This document shows, one piece after another, positions 24,899-34,763 of a stretch of DNA of 64,000 bases. Numbering within the stretch: the first letter of the stretch is position 1; every line of letters starts with the position of its first letter. The DNA is from an archaeon (GTDB taxonomy: Archaea > Nanobdellota > Nanobdellia > Pacearchaeales > GW2011-AR1): NCBI GenBank assembly GCA_038121585.1, contig JAYONY010000001.1, positions 117,940-181,939 of the forward strand, in the 5' to 3' direction. The position numbers and the translations under genes are program-made. Below the pieces are notes generated by a model. The model did not search any database and was not told the origin of the DNA. It saw nothing but the letters and a program-made list of their open reading frames with translations.

Positions 24899-26218
24899 CT
24901 ACGGAGTAAGCCTATCCCTATCTCGTGGAAACATAGTTGCTTCGCGGATATTATCTAAGTTACAAATCATCATGGTCACTCGTTCTAAACCAATACTCCA
25001 TCCCGCATGTGGCGGTGCGCCAAACCGAAAGCTATCAATATAGTCCTTAAATCCTGCTGGTTCAAGGCCCTTATATTCAAGCATCTTAATCAGCAAGTCT
25101 GGTAAGTGAATTCGCTGCCCTCCTGATGACAATTCAGTTCCTTTGTAAATTGCATCAAATCCTTCACTATATTCTGAATTAATATCTCCGTCTCGCGGCA
25201 TGATATAAAACGTGCGAATCGCTTTAGGCCATGAATACACAAAGACACAATCATCAGGGTGTAGCTCGCCCAGTTTCTTTTCTGCTTCTGGACTAAAGTC
25301 TTCTCCGTGTTCAATATTCACACCTTCTTTCTTCAAAAGGGTTATTGCATCGTCGTACGACATGTACACCCCTTTTGGCACTTTCAAGTCTGTAACACCT
25401 AAGAGCTCTAAGTCTTCTTTGTTTTTAGCCAAAACTTCAGAAACCATAAACGCTAATACTTTTTCAAGTCGTCTCATTGTTGCCATTTGATCATCAAATG
25501 CTGCTTCAATATCGTACTGGCGAATTTCGTTAATATGTCTAACAGTATTATGTTTCTCTGCTCGCCACACTGGCGTTGTCATAAAGACTTTTTCCATACT
25601 ACATGCGAGCATTTGCTTATACAACTGCGGGCTTTGTGCTAAGTACGCTGGTTGTTCAAAGTAGCGCACAGTGAATAAGTCTGTTCCACCTTCTGAAGAA
25701 GCCCCTATAATGCATGGCGGTTGCATCTCAATAAACCCTTCTTGCACAAAATGCTCTCGAAAGGCATTTGATAACGTCGACTGAATTCTGAAGATTGCTT
25801 GTGTTTTTCGACGATGAAAGTCTAAAAATCGTACGTCTAGTCGTTTTGGTAAGTCTGTTTTTGAATGATCTGAAACATCAATTGGCAAGGGATGTTCTGC
25901 TGTAGAAACAACTTCAAAGGATGAAGGGATAAGTTCTCGGCCACCAGATGCTTTATCATTTTTTACAACGCGACCGTGAACAACTACCACTGATTCTCGT
26001 GATACGCGTCGCATTGCATCAAACACGTCTCGGTCAGCTTTTGCCTTGAGGCCAGTAACTTGTATTTCTCCGCTCACGTCTCGTAATACTACAAAACAGA
26101 CTTTTCCAAGGTCTCGAACGTCATACACCCAGCCAGCAACGACTGGTTTGTCCCCTTCCTGCGCAGGCGTCAAACTACCGATTGATACTCGTTTTGTAGC
26201 TACGTCACTAAGTTCCAT
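24899..26218 (-). CDS. aspS: Aspartyl-tRNA synthetase, archaeal type (probably non-discriminating)
   Basis: An N-terminal OB ('VAGWVYDVRDLGKVCFVVLRD') and class II motifs ('FRAEKHNTVRHINE', 'GGQRIH', 'GAPPHAGWSIGLERV'). Non-discrimination is inferred from the GatCAB genes and tRNA-Asn nearby. Confidence 0.95.
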   Translation of the reverse strand: MELSDVATKRVSIGSLTPAQEGDKPVVAGWVYDVRDLGKVCFVVLRDVSGEIQVTGLKAKADRDVFDAMRRVSRESVVVVHGRVVKNDKASGGRELIPSSFEVVSTAEHPLPIDVSDHSKTDLPKRLDVRFLDFHRRKTQAIFRIQSTLSNAFREHFVQEGFIEMQPPCIIGASSEGGTDLFTVRYFEQPAYLAQSPQLYKQMLACSMEKVFMTTPVWRAEKHNTVRHINEIRQYDIEAAFDDQMATMRRLEKVLAFMVSEVLAKNKEDLELLGVTDLKVPKGVYMSYDDAITLLKKEGVNIEHGEDFSPEAEKKLGELHPDDCVFVYSWPKAIRTFYIMPRDGDINSEYSEGFDAIYKGTELSSGGQRIHLPDLLIKMLEYKGLEPAGFKDYIDSFRFGAPPHAGWSIGLERVTMMICNLDNIREATMFPRDRDRLTP

Positions 26219-26256
26219 ACTGCCCTCAAAAATCCTATATTCTTAAAACTACCTAT

Positions 26257-26784
26257 TTACAATCGCTTTTTTCTATACACTGACAAATCATGGTGTGCAT
26301 TTGTTGTTGCATCAAAAAACTCATCAGGCTTGACTGCTATACGATCAAAATCAAGCAGTTCCAGTAGCCGCGTAGAGCGCGTATTTTCAGATGCAGTTTC
26401 AGCTTCAACCCCGATGACACGCAAGCCATCAAAGGCAAATGAGATCATCCCTTCTAATGCTTCACTCATAAGCCCCTTGCCCCAATACTCCTTGCCAATC
26501 CAATACCCTACATGAGGATACATTCCAGGAAAAACTCCGCTCAAGGCGGTTACTCCAATAAGCTCATCAGCATGATGCACACCCCAAATATAACCAATTC
26601 GAGGATCGCGATGTACCAAGTACTGAGAATAAGCTATGAGGTCTTTTGCCATCTGGTCAGTAAATACTGACTCCATCCCCGAATAAGCAAGCATTTCAGG
26701 ATCGTTTTGCAAGGTTACAATTCGAGAAACTGCCCGTTCTGACAATGGTTCGATAAGAGATAATCGTTCAGTTTCAATGCGCAT
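26257..26784 (-). CDS. GNAT N-acetyltransferase (RimJ/RimL-like)
   Basis: 'IGYWIGKEYWGKGLMSEALEGMISFAF'. Confidence 0.8.
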   Translation of the reverse strand: MRIETERLSLIEPLSERAVSRIVTLQNDPEMLAYSGMESVFTDQMAKDLIAYSQYLVHRDPRIGYIWGVHHADELIGVTALSGVFPGMYPHVGYWIGKEYWGKGLMSEALEGMISFAFDGLRVIGVEAETASENTRSTRLLELLDFDRIAVKPDEFFDATTNAHHDLSVYRKKRL

Positions 26785-26797
26785 GGAAAGAAATTTG

Positions 26798-28240
26798 TTA
26801 ATTCGTAGATACTAATTTAGTAATGAGTTCCATTGCGCGTTTAGCGTCAATTTTACCTTTGAGTTTACCCATTACCATGCCCATATACGCGTTCGGCCGT
26901 AAGCCTGGATTTTCCTTAATAATACCGCGAATTACGTTTTCTACTTCGTTATCATCGAGTTTTTCGATTTCAACCGCTTGCTCAAACGCAACACCAGCAA
27001 GGAGTCGAGAGAGGACTTCTTGCATATCCCCACCTTCAAGTTTACCATCACGTACTCGTTCTAACAGTTTCTCATATACTGCTTCTGATAATACATCAGT
27101 TATTTCCTCAATGGTCTTTTTGTGTTTTGCAGCAAATTCATTACGCCATAACGTAACCATTTTTCCAACTAAATTAGCATCGTTACCATACACTTTCATA
27201 AGTGTTAGAAATTCATCAACGTTGCCAGCAAGTACTAAATTCAATAGTTCGCCGTGCAGTCCTGTTTTTTGTAAGTCTGATTCAATTTCACTTCGGAGTT
27301 TTGGCAGGTTTTTTTTGAGCGCATCAATTCGCTGTCTTCCAATTGCAAGTAGTTGTAGGTCAGTCTCAGGATACATTCGTGCTTGTCCTGGCATTGGTCG
27401 CAAGAATTTCGTTGTCCCATCTTCGAGTGCATTACGCACTGCACTCTCTGCTTCTTTAGCCATAACAGCGTCTTGTTGCCTGATAATTTCATTTTTTACT
27501 GTTGTAATCATCATTTTTGGATCTTGAAACCCTTTGATTTCAACGCGCGGATGCCCTTTTGTTGAAACATTCACGTCTTGTCTAATAGTTCCAATTCCTC
27601 GTTTTACTTTGCATGCTCGGAGTATTTCTCCTAATTTCAATGCTGCTTCTTTAATCTGTTCTGGTGTATGCATATCTGGTGCCGTAGCAATTTCAACGAG
27701 TGGAATGCCTAATCGGTCGAGTCGATACGTATTACTCGTTTTTCCTCGTTCAATAAGTCGTGCTGAGTCTTCTTCAAGACATACGCTTTCAATACCAACC
27801 TTGCCAAACGAAGTTTCTAAGTGCCCGTCATGTGCTATGAGAACAGTTCGTTGAAATCCTGAAGTGTTTGAACCGTCAATAACAGTTTTTCGCATGACTT
27901 GCGTGACAGGGTACACTTGGCAATTCAAGAGTAACGCAACTTGCAATCCAATAGTAAGTGCTTGTTCATTTATGGGATGCGGTGGTTCTTCATCAAGTTC
28001 AACGAGACTAATAGTTTCAGTATGCCCTTCATAGAGAAATTCCTTATCAAGTCCTGCTTCATGAAGTGCTGCAGCGTCAATAGTACCTGTCTCTCCAGCT
28101 ACAGGATGCAGTTTTCGCATTATAGCATAATCTGGCTTGTCAGAACGTAAAAGACTTGGTGCTTTAGAAAATAATTTATGAGTATCTAACTGCTGATGTA
28201 TTTCAAGTCCTGCAGTGAGTTTTACCGCATCATAATCCAT
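26798..28240 (-). CDS. gatE: Glu-tRNA(Gln) amidotransferase subunit E (short form)
   Basis: 'LTAGLEIHQQLDTHKLF', 'LVEIATAPD', 'RQDVNVS...RVEIKG' and a YqeY-like tail. At 480 aa it is much shorter than the ~620 aa I recall for characterised GatE. Confidence 0.8.
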   Translation of the reverse strand: MDYDAVKLTAGLEIHQQLDTHKLFSKAPSLLRSDKPDYAIMRKLHPVAGETGTIDAAALHEAGLDKEFLYEGHTETISLVELDEEPPHPINEQALTIGLQVALLLNCQVYPVTQVMRKTVIDGSNTSGFQRTVLIAHDGHLETSFGKVGIESVCLEEDSARLIERGKTSNTYRLDRLGIPLVEIATAPDMHTPEQIKEAALKLGEILRACKVKRGIGTIRQDVNVSTKGHPRVEIKGFQDPKMMITTVKNEIIRQQDAVMAKEAESAVRNALEDGTTKFLRPMPGQARMYPETDLQLLAIGRQRIDALKKNLPKLRSEIESDLQKTGLHGELLNLVLAGNVDEFLTLMKVYGNDANLVGKMVTLWRNEFAAKHKKTIEEITDVLSEAVYEKLLERVRDGKLEGGDMQEVLSRLLAGVAFEQAVEIEKLDDNEVENVIRGIIKENPGLRPNAYMGMVMGKLKGKIDAKRAMELITKLVSTN

Positions 28241-28285
28241 ACTATTGCAATAAGATACAGGTATTAAAAGTTAATTGCAAACCAA

Positions 28286-29098
28286 TTATGTAGGAAGCAC
28301 TCGTGAGCTTATTTGTTCACGCTCAGTAGGATTATCATCGATAGTATCCCAGTCCTTAAGTGAAGTCGCAAAATATTTTTCGTTAATGCCTGCCATTTCT
28401 GATAATAATCGAATATCATACAAATCAGAAGCAAAACGTAATCGTTCTGACGCACGAGGATCACCAATATTGATCTCCGCTTCCTCTCGTAATGTTGCTA
28501 TGCCTTTAAGCATCTTTTTGATTTTTTTAGGTGAGAAAGAAGTGCTAGCCCCATCAAATGAATTGAGAAATTCTGCATAGTCTGGATTTCGTTTGAGTGA
28601 ACTAATTGACCGAACAAGTTTTGGGGTAATAATATCTTCAGGACTTGAAACTCGATACGTTTCTGAACTTCCTTTAACTCGTTTTTTACGTGTGTTCTCA
28701 AATTCTCGTTGTAATCTATCTTCTATGCGCCCCATATTCGTAGCATTTCGACGAGCAAATTCGATAGCAATTGCACCTTCATCATTTGCCACACTCAATA
28801 AGAATGCAGACCTACCTTTTTTTGGAGTTACAGTATACCCCTGATCTTGCAAATACTCCATTGCAGGTTTTGCAAAATCTTTGAATCCTGCATACGTTAA
28901 AGGCTCCATAGTTGCTAAATCAACATCTGAAGTAGGACGATGAGTTGCGCTTGGGAGATACGATTGAGTTGCCATACCACCAACTAGAAATGCCTTGTCA
29001 CGACTAGTAGAAACGTCTTCTAGAGCACTTATTGCGCAAAGACTATCCCTGACAATTGGACTTCCGATTGTTCGTGCTTTATAATCTAGTTTTCCCAT
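28286..29098 (-). CDS. Nucleotidyltransferase, AbiEii/DUF1814-like (possible orphan type IV toxin)
   Basis: 'AFLVGGMATQSYLPSATHRPTSDVDLA' parallels the AbiEii 'GGTAL...R.S.DiDf' motif. The size (270 aa) fits. No AbiEi-like partner is adjacent. Confidence 0.4.
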   Translation of the reverse strand: MGKLDYKARTIGSPIVRDSLCAISALEDVSTSRDKAFLVGGMATQSYLPSATHRPTSDVDLATMEPLTYAGFKDFAKPAMEYLQDQGYTVTPKKGRSAFLLSVANDEGAIAIEFARRNATNMGRIEDRLQREFENTRKKRVKGSSETYRVSSPEDIITPKLVRSISSLKRNPDYAEFLNSFDGASTSFSPKKIKKMLKGIATLREEAEINIGDPRASERLRFASDLYDIRLLSEMAGINEKYFATSLKDWDTIDDNPTEREQISSRVLPT

Positions 29099-29214
29099 GC
29101 AAAAATACGAAAAAACAACCTTTTAAACCTTCCTATTTGTAACTATTAATCAGTTACTACATATTACGAGTAACGTACCAATACGTTTAAATCAATATCT
29201 CCATTTCTAAATAA

Positions 29215-29706
29215 ATGGATGTTAAGAAGAGCGTGATAGCGAGCAATACGAAACACACCACCCCAATGAAGCTTACCAAAAAAGCCGAGCAAGAAAAAGC
29301 ACGTTTAGATCGTGAAAAACAAAAAGCAAAGCTCCTCCACCCTATTTTCACCGCGAAAAAAACGTTCGGAGAACGTGCGTCTGATAAATTAGCTAAATGG
29401 GCAGGTTCATGGACGTTTATTATCACCTTCTTATCATTGATGTCATTATGGATAATCCTCAACATTACCGCATGGATCAACAGCTGGGACCCCTATCCAT
29501 TTATTTTACTGAACTTAGCGCTTTCCCTTCTAGCAGCTATTCAAGCACCAATCATCTTAATGGCCCAGAATAGAGAAAGCCAAAAGGACCGTATTCGAGC
29601 AGAATATGACTATTCCGTTAATCGCCATGCCGCTCGTGAAATAGCTGAGATTAACAAACAATTAGACAGAATTGAGCGAAAAATTAATGAAATGCGTGGC
29701 AGGTAA
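29215..29706 (+). CDS. DUF1003 membrane protein
   Basis: 'FGERASDKLAKWAGSWTFI...WDPYPFILLNLALSLLAAIQAPIILMAQNRESQKDRIRAEYDYSVN'. Confidence 0.8.
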   Translation: MDVKKSVIASNTKHTTPMKLTKKAEQEKARLDREKQKAKLLHPIFTAKKTFGERASDKLAKWAGSWTFIITFLSLMSLWIILNITAWINSWDPYPFILLNLALSLLAAIQAPIILMAQNRESQKDRIRAEYDYSVNRHAAREIAEINKQLDRIERKINEMRGR

Positions 29707-30720
29707 TTACAAAAGCGCTTGTTGCCATTTCCATGCTGATGCAAGTGCATCTTCGATAGTTCTTGTTGCTTTCCACCCCAATTCTTCTTCTGCCTTATGA
29801 GGCTCTGCGTATACCACAGGCACATCACCAGCTCGCCGTTCTCCTACTTGACGATGCACGTGCTGCCCAGTTACTTTTTCAAAACGATTGATAAGTTCAA
29901 ATACACTTAATCCTGTTCCAGTGCCAATATTATAGACTCCTAATTGTCGCTTACCAGCAAGTAATGCTCGAAGTGAAGCAATGTGTGCTTCTGCCAAATC
30001 CATAACATGAATGTAGTCCCGAATACAACTTCCATCAGGCGTAGCATAATCCGATCCATATACCATGAGTTTTTCTCGAATTCCAGCTGCTACTTGCGTT
30101 ATTATAGGTACTAAATTACTGGGTGCATTAAGCTGTAATTCTCCTATTGTTGCAGTTGAGTGCGCACCTATCGGATTAAAATAGCGTAACAATGAAACTG
30201 CCCCTACCTGACCTGCAACATATGCATCGCGCAAAATCGTTTCACACATTTGTTTTGTTTGTCCATACGGTGAAGTTGCAGGTTTGAGCGGTGCTTTCTC
30301 AGTAATAGGAAGTTCATCAGCCTTTCCATACACCGTACATGATGATGAAAAGACAATAGTGCTAACAGCATACTTGCGCATAACTGAAAGAAGGGCGAGC
30401 AATGATCCAAGATTGTTCTGATAGTATTTAGCAGGATCTTTCACTGACTCATCAACCGCCTTAAAAGCAGCAAAGTGAATTACTCCTGCTATAGGGCTTT
30501 CTTGTTTGAAAACAGCATCGAGTGCGGATGCATCACAACAATCAACTTTGTAAAATAAAGTCGGTGCTCCAGTAATTGTAGTTATCCCTTTTACAATTCG
30601 CTCATCTGAGTTAACTAAAGAATCAACAACAATAGGTTCGTATCCTGCCTTCTGTAATGCAACTGCAGTGTGCGATCCAATATACCCTGCTCCGCCAGTT
30701 AAGAGAATTTTTTGCCTCAT
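29707..30720 (-). CDS. galE: UDP-glucose 4-epimerase
   Basis: 'ILLTGGAGYIGSH' and 'SPYGQTK'. Its ATG overlaps the gatD stop (TAATG). Confidence 0.9.
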   Translation of the reverse strand: MRQKILLTGGAGYIGSHTAVALQKAGYEPIVVDSLVNSDERIVKGITTITGAPTLFYKVDCCDASALDAVFKQESPIAGVIHFAAFKAVDESVKDPAKYYQNNLGSLLALLSVMRKYAVSTIVFSSSCTVYGKADELPITEKAPLKPATSPYGQTKQMCETILRDAYVAGQVGAVSLLRYFNPIGAHSTATIGELQLNAPSNLVPIITQVAAGIREKLMVYGSDYATPDGSCIRDYIHVMDLAEAHIASLRALLAGKRQLGVYNIGTGTGLSVFELINRFEKVTGQHVHRQVGERRAGDVPVVYAEPHKAEEELGWKATRTIEDALASAWKWQQALL

Positions 30721-31991
30721 TATTCATTAATATACGTGCTAAACTCCCCTACAACGTTCTGTATCATTTTTTCGTGTGCTTTATCATGTGTTCGCCACTG
30801 TCGATGGCCTAAAACCCATCCCAGTTTTACAAGAGCTGTTTCTGGTAACATATCTTCGAGATACATAACACCTGCGGCCATAAGTTCTCGCCCTGGAGAA
30901 TACACAAGTGGATGCAACCTACCATGCAGCGTTTGTGCTGCAGCACAAACTATAAAGCCTTGTTTTTTGAGTCGCTTTATTGTCGGTACCCAGGAATGTT
31001 TTGCTTCGTGCGCAGGCATATGCCCAAGGCCTGATACTTCAATAACAACGCCATGATACCCTTTTTCATGATAGTAATCTAGAATATCAGGTTTCTGTCC
31101 GGGATAGAATTTAACCAGCGCGACTTTATCAGTGTATGACGCATCAAACGCGAGTTTTCGTTGCGCGTCCTTAACACGATATTCTGACAAATATTCTATT
31201 TTTGTAGGCCAGACTTTTGCTATTGGACGCGTATTAATCGGTTTAAACGTGTCTCGACGTGAAGAATGCATTTTTCGTGTTTTTGTAGCGCGCAGTGCAT
31301 AACAATGAGTATCATGGGTTGTCGCGTGTCCGACCAACATAACTTCTGCGCATTCTGAGATTGCCATTTCTGCAGCACACAGCAAATTGAGTCGCGCATC
31401 AGAACTTCCTCTGTCAACACTTCGCTGAGAATACGTTAGCACAACAGGTTTATTCACAGGCCCTAAAAAGAAAGATACTGCAGCCCCGGTATAATGTAAA
31501 AAGTCTGTTCCATGCGTAATAATCACCCCTTCAATATCCTTGTCTTCCAAGAGTTTTTTTGTTTCCTCAGCAATTTTGACCCAATGCTCAGAACTCATAT
31601 TTTCAGAAAGCGCCATGAACGGATTGACGATTTTTTTTACATTAACTTTTTCAAACAGCTCTGGATAAAAATGAGCGAATTCTGCAGTGTTTGTTAACGG
31701 TTTTACTGCTCCGGTTGTAGGGTCAAGTTTTGAAGCTATTGTCCCTCCAGTCACTATCATGCCAACAGTTTTGAGCCCCTTTTTAGGTGTTGGTAAAGCA
31801 AATGATGTTTCTTCAGTAGAAGCTTTTTTGAGAATACGAGTTTGCTTAACATGTTCTTTAAGAACACCAATATTGTATCCTGACGATAATTTCACTAAAT
31901 AAACGGTGGGATCGTGGCTTTCAAGTAATGTTCCTTCGACAATTTCTCGAGTGAGTGTAAATTTGACTTTGTCGCCTGGTTTTGCGTGCAT
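30720..31991 (-). CDS. gatD: Glu-tRNA(Gln) amidotransferase subunit D
   Basis: An N-terminal beta domain followed by an asparaginase fold ('IVTGGTIAS', 'ITHGTD'). Confidence 0.9.
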   Translation of the reverse strand: MHAKPGDKVKFTLTREIVEGTLLESHDPTVYLVKLSSGYNIGVLKEHVKQTRILKKASTEETSFALPTPKKGLKTVGMIVTGGTIASKLDPTTGAVKPLTNTAEFAHFYPELFEKVNVKKIVNPFMALSENMSSEHWVKIAEETKKLLEDKDIEGVIITHGTDFLHYTGAAVSFFLGPVNKPVVLTYSQRSVDRGSSDARLNLLCAAEMAISECAEVMLVGHATTHDTHCYALRATKTRKMHSSRRDTFKPINTRPIAKVWPTKIEYLSEYRVKDAQRKLAFDASYTDKVALVKFYPGQKPDILDYYHEKGYHGVVIEVSGLGHMPAHEAKHSWVPTIKRLKKQGFIVCAAAQTLHGRLHPLVYSPGRELMAAGVMYLEDMLPETALVKLGWVLGHRQWRTHDKAHEKMIQNVVGEFSTYINE

Positions 31992-32030
31992 ACAGTACTA
32001 GGTCAAAAAAGAGTATAAAAAGATGTTGGA

Positions 32031-32594
32031 CTACTCTATTTTATCAACACAAACGCAAGTTGCAATACTGCTTGCAACAGGTGTTAGTGTTTGCGTGCAT
32101 GAAACAGGTGCTGAATTCCATTCATAAAATGCAGCGATACAAACAGCGTTCGTATATGCCTGATTACACTGATTAGCACATGTCTCGGTTTCATCAGTCT
32201 TTGTTATACCAATTCTATGATATCCTGCAGCAGAGCTCTGAAGTTGCAAAACACCCCCATTAAGAATACTAACCCCATTACCTACAACTTGACCGTTAAG
32301 GTTAGCATTAACTGTTTGCGCATTAATCGTATTTGCAACGTTAAGATTATTAGCAGATGCCGTGCCACTTACCGCAACAGTGGTTGCGCTAACACCCTGC
32401 AAGTCACTTGCTCCAGCAACGGTCAACTCAGGGATTGGTTGTGTCCAGTCTATTTGGTCAGTTGTGTGACCGAAAGCGCTTGGCGGTAACGCAGATTGCG
32501 CCTGTACAACAAGGCCTGCGCCAACAAGTACAACTGCGAGAACAATTACTATCGCACGAAACTTCGTTACTTCAAGATTAAATTGCACCTTCAT
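32031..32594 (-). CDS. Secreted hypothetical protein, Asn/Val/Ala-rich repeats and Cys-rich C-terminus
   Basis: N-terminal anchor 'AIVIVLAVVLVGAGLVV', the stretch 'ANNLNVANTINAQTVNANLNGQVVGNG', and 6 Cys in the last ~55 aa. Confidence 0.45.
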   Translation of the reverse strand: MKVQFNLEVTKFRAIVIVLAVVLVGAGLVVQAQSALPPSAFGHTTDQIDWTQPIPELTVAGASDLQGVSATTVAVSGTASANNLNVANTINAQTVNANLNGQVVGNGVSILNGGVLQLQSSAAGYHRIGITKTDETETCANQCNQAYTNAVCIAAFYEWNSAPVSCTQTLTPVASSIATCVCVDKIE

Positions 32595-32643
32595 TTTCTA
32601 CTTTTAGAAACACTAGTTCTTTTTAAAGATTGTTTAAGAGTGA

Positions 32644-34080
32644 TTAGTAACTCTTTGCTATCCACGCAAGCGTTTTTGTTGATTTCCCGGTAATAATGCA
32701 CGTGCCTGCTTTTTTCACGCCTTCAATGATTCGTGAGGATGCACCGCCTGTTTTTTCTTGCAGTTGTTCTTCTATGTGCGAATCATTTGAAAGATATGCT
32801 TTCACAATCTTCCCTTGAGAGACTTTCTGCGTGAGCTCATCAAGCGATGCTGCGCTGTCTATTCGTGAATCAAAAAATACTTTTGCTTTTGCAAACAGTT
32901 CTTGATGCATCAACTCAAGTAGTTCAGGAATTCGTTTTTTGAGCAGTGATTCTTTAATTGGAATTTTCTCTCCAGTATCTCGTCGGACGACAGTTACTTG
33001 TTGTTTCTCAATGTCTTTTGGCCCCACTTCTATTCTAAGCGGGATTCCTTGCAGCTCCCACTGACTGAATTTCCATCCTGGATTATATTCTTCACGATCA
33101 TCAAGTATAACATTATGCTCCTTGAGTAACCGTTGCACGTGTCGTGCTCCTGCTAAGGTTTGTTTTTTCGTCTTATCAAATAGGATCGGTACAATAACTG
33201 CTTTATGTGATGCAAGCCGTGGAGGTAGCACAATACCTTTATCATCCCCATGCATCATAGTTATTGCCCCGAGGAGCCGTGTTGAGAATCCCCATGATGT
33301 TTGCCATGCGTGATGTTCTTTGTGATCCTCACCTTGAAACGTTACATCAAATACTTTGGCAAATCCCTGTCCGAGATTGTGTGACGTGCCCATTTGGAGT
33401 GCTTTACCATCTGGCATAAGTGCTTCAATAGTCATTGTAGTTAGTGCTCCAGGGAATTTTTCCCCTTCTGATTTTTTCCCCACAATTACAGGTATTGCCA
33501 AAAGCTCTTCTGATAACTGTTTGTAAGAAGTTATCATTTCTTGCATATTCTGTTCTGCTTCTTGCTCTGTTGCAAAGGCGCAATGTCCTTCCTGCCATAA
33601 GAATTCTCGTGTTCTCAAAAAGGGTTTTGTTTGTTTCACTTCCCATCGCACTATATTACACCACTGATTAATGAGGAGTGGTAAGTCCCTGTGACTCCGA
33701 ATCCATTTAGCATATGAGTCATACATTATTGTTTCAGAAGTTGGTCGCAACGCGAGTTTATCACCTTCTGTTGATTCGCCTGTTCCTTCAATATACGCGA
33801 GTTCTGGCGCAAATCCTTCAGCATGTTCTGCTTCTCGTGTGAAGAACGATTTTGGGATGAGCATTGGGAAATACGCATTTTTCACCCCACGCTCTTTGAG
33901 TTCTGCGTTGAAATAATTCTGAATTCCTTCCCATAACGCATATCCATTCGGTCGTATTATCATGAATCCCTTTATAGGAGCATAATCTACTAACTCCGCT
34001 TTTTGCACTACTTCAGAATACCAATCAGAGAGATTATCTGCTTTTTTTACAGTGAGTCCTTTCGTATCTTGCTTACCCAT
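32644..34080 (-). CDS. proS: Prolyl-tRNA synthetase, archaeal/eukaryotic type
   Basis: Class II motifs, a 'RPTSET' loop and the C-terminal Tyr ('IAKSY') typical of archaeal-type ProRS. Confidence 0.95.
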   Translation of the reverse strand: MGKQDTKGLTVKKADNLSDWYSEVVQKAELVDYAPIKGFMIIRPNGYALWEGIQNYFNAELKERGVKNAYFPMLIPKSFFTREAEHAEGFAPELAYIEGTGESTEGDKLALRPTSETIMYDSYAKWIRSHRDLPLLINQWCNIVRWEVKQTKPFLRTREFLWQEGHCAFATEQEAEQNMQEMITSYKQLSEELLAIPVIVGKKSEGEKFPGALTTMTIEALMPDGKALQMGTSHNLGQGFAKVFDVTFQGEDHKEHHAWQTSWGFSTRLLGAITMMHGDDKGIVLPPRLASHKAVIVPILFDKTKKQTLAGARHVQRLLKEHNVILDDREEYNPGWKFSQWELQGIPLRIEVGPKDIEKQQVTVVRRDTGEKIPIKESLLKKRIPELLELMHQELFAKAKVFFDSRIDSAASLDELTQKVSQGKIVKAYLSNDSHIEEQLQEKTGGASSRIIEGVKKAGTCIITGKSTKTLAWIAKSY

Positions 34081-34120
34081 AAAACAGAAGAGAATGCAAC
34101 CCTCTTAAACTTTTGCGAGA

Positions 34121-34738
34121 TTAATGGAATGAAGCAATTCTAGGAGGATATATTGTGGTACAACGAATGTCATGCAACTCCCCTAACTCATTCCATAATG
34201 AGCGAATATATGAATGATCCATTTGTCGAGTATCAAGTTCGCTCTCTGCATATTCATAAATAATTGCATCAAGAACTGACCACGCATCTTCTGAGATTGT
34301 CCGTGCATCACATTGCATCCCATCATTGTGAGCAAGTGCTATCATATGATCATTACCATTACCTACTCGATAATAAAGTAATGCTTCAGGGTTATAATTA
34401 CTAAATCGTTTACAATCAGCATACATTCGTTGTCTGTACGCTAAAGGATGATCATGTAAATCAAGTAGTTCATACACTATTTCTTCTTCTACCTGATGAA
34501 GCTCAGCCTGTTGTTCTGGGACCTCGTGGGCCGGTAGAGGAGGCAATATTTTTTCTAACGGCAAGGGGTTTGAAGAATGAAGTTCTTGAGCCGTGTAAAC
34601 CGTAGGTTGAGAAAGTGACTTGTGATTACGAGTAGAATTTTGTGGTGTGAGCAAACATTGCACCCCACCACCAAGTATTGTTGCTAGTAGACCAGATGCT
34701 ACTACTTTATCACGCCACCTCATACCCAAGATATACAA
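34121..34738 (-). CDS. Hypothetical N-terminally anchored protein
   Basis: The hydrophobic segment is 'VVASGLLATILGGGV'. No motif recognised. The true start may be the Met at 34723. Confidence 0.45.
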   Translation of the reverse strand: MYILGMRWRDKVVASGLLATILGGGVQCLLTPQNSTRNHKSLSQPTVYTAQELHSSNPLPLEKILPPLPAHEVPEQQAELHQVEEEIVYELLDLHDHPLAYRQRMYADCKRFSNYNPEALLYYRVGNGNDHMIALAHNDGMQCDARTISEDAWSVLDAIIYEYAESELDTRQMDHSYIRSLWNELGELHDIRCTTIYPPRIASFH

Positions 34739-34763
34739 AACTCATTTTTTAAGAACTATGTGA

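Noticed and set aside
26823-27527. A 234-aa plus-strand ORF antisense to gatE.
   Set aside because: It lies opposite a conserved GatE frame and is Ser-rich low complexity.
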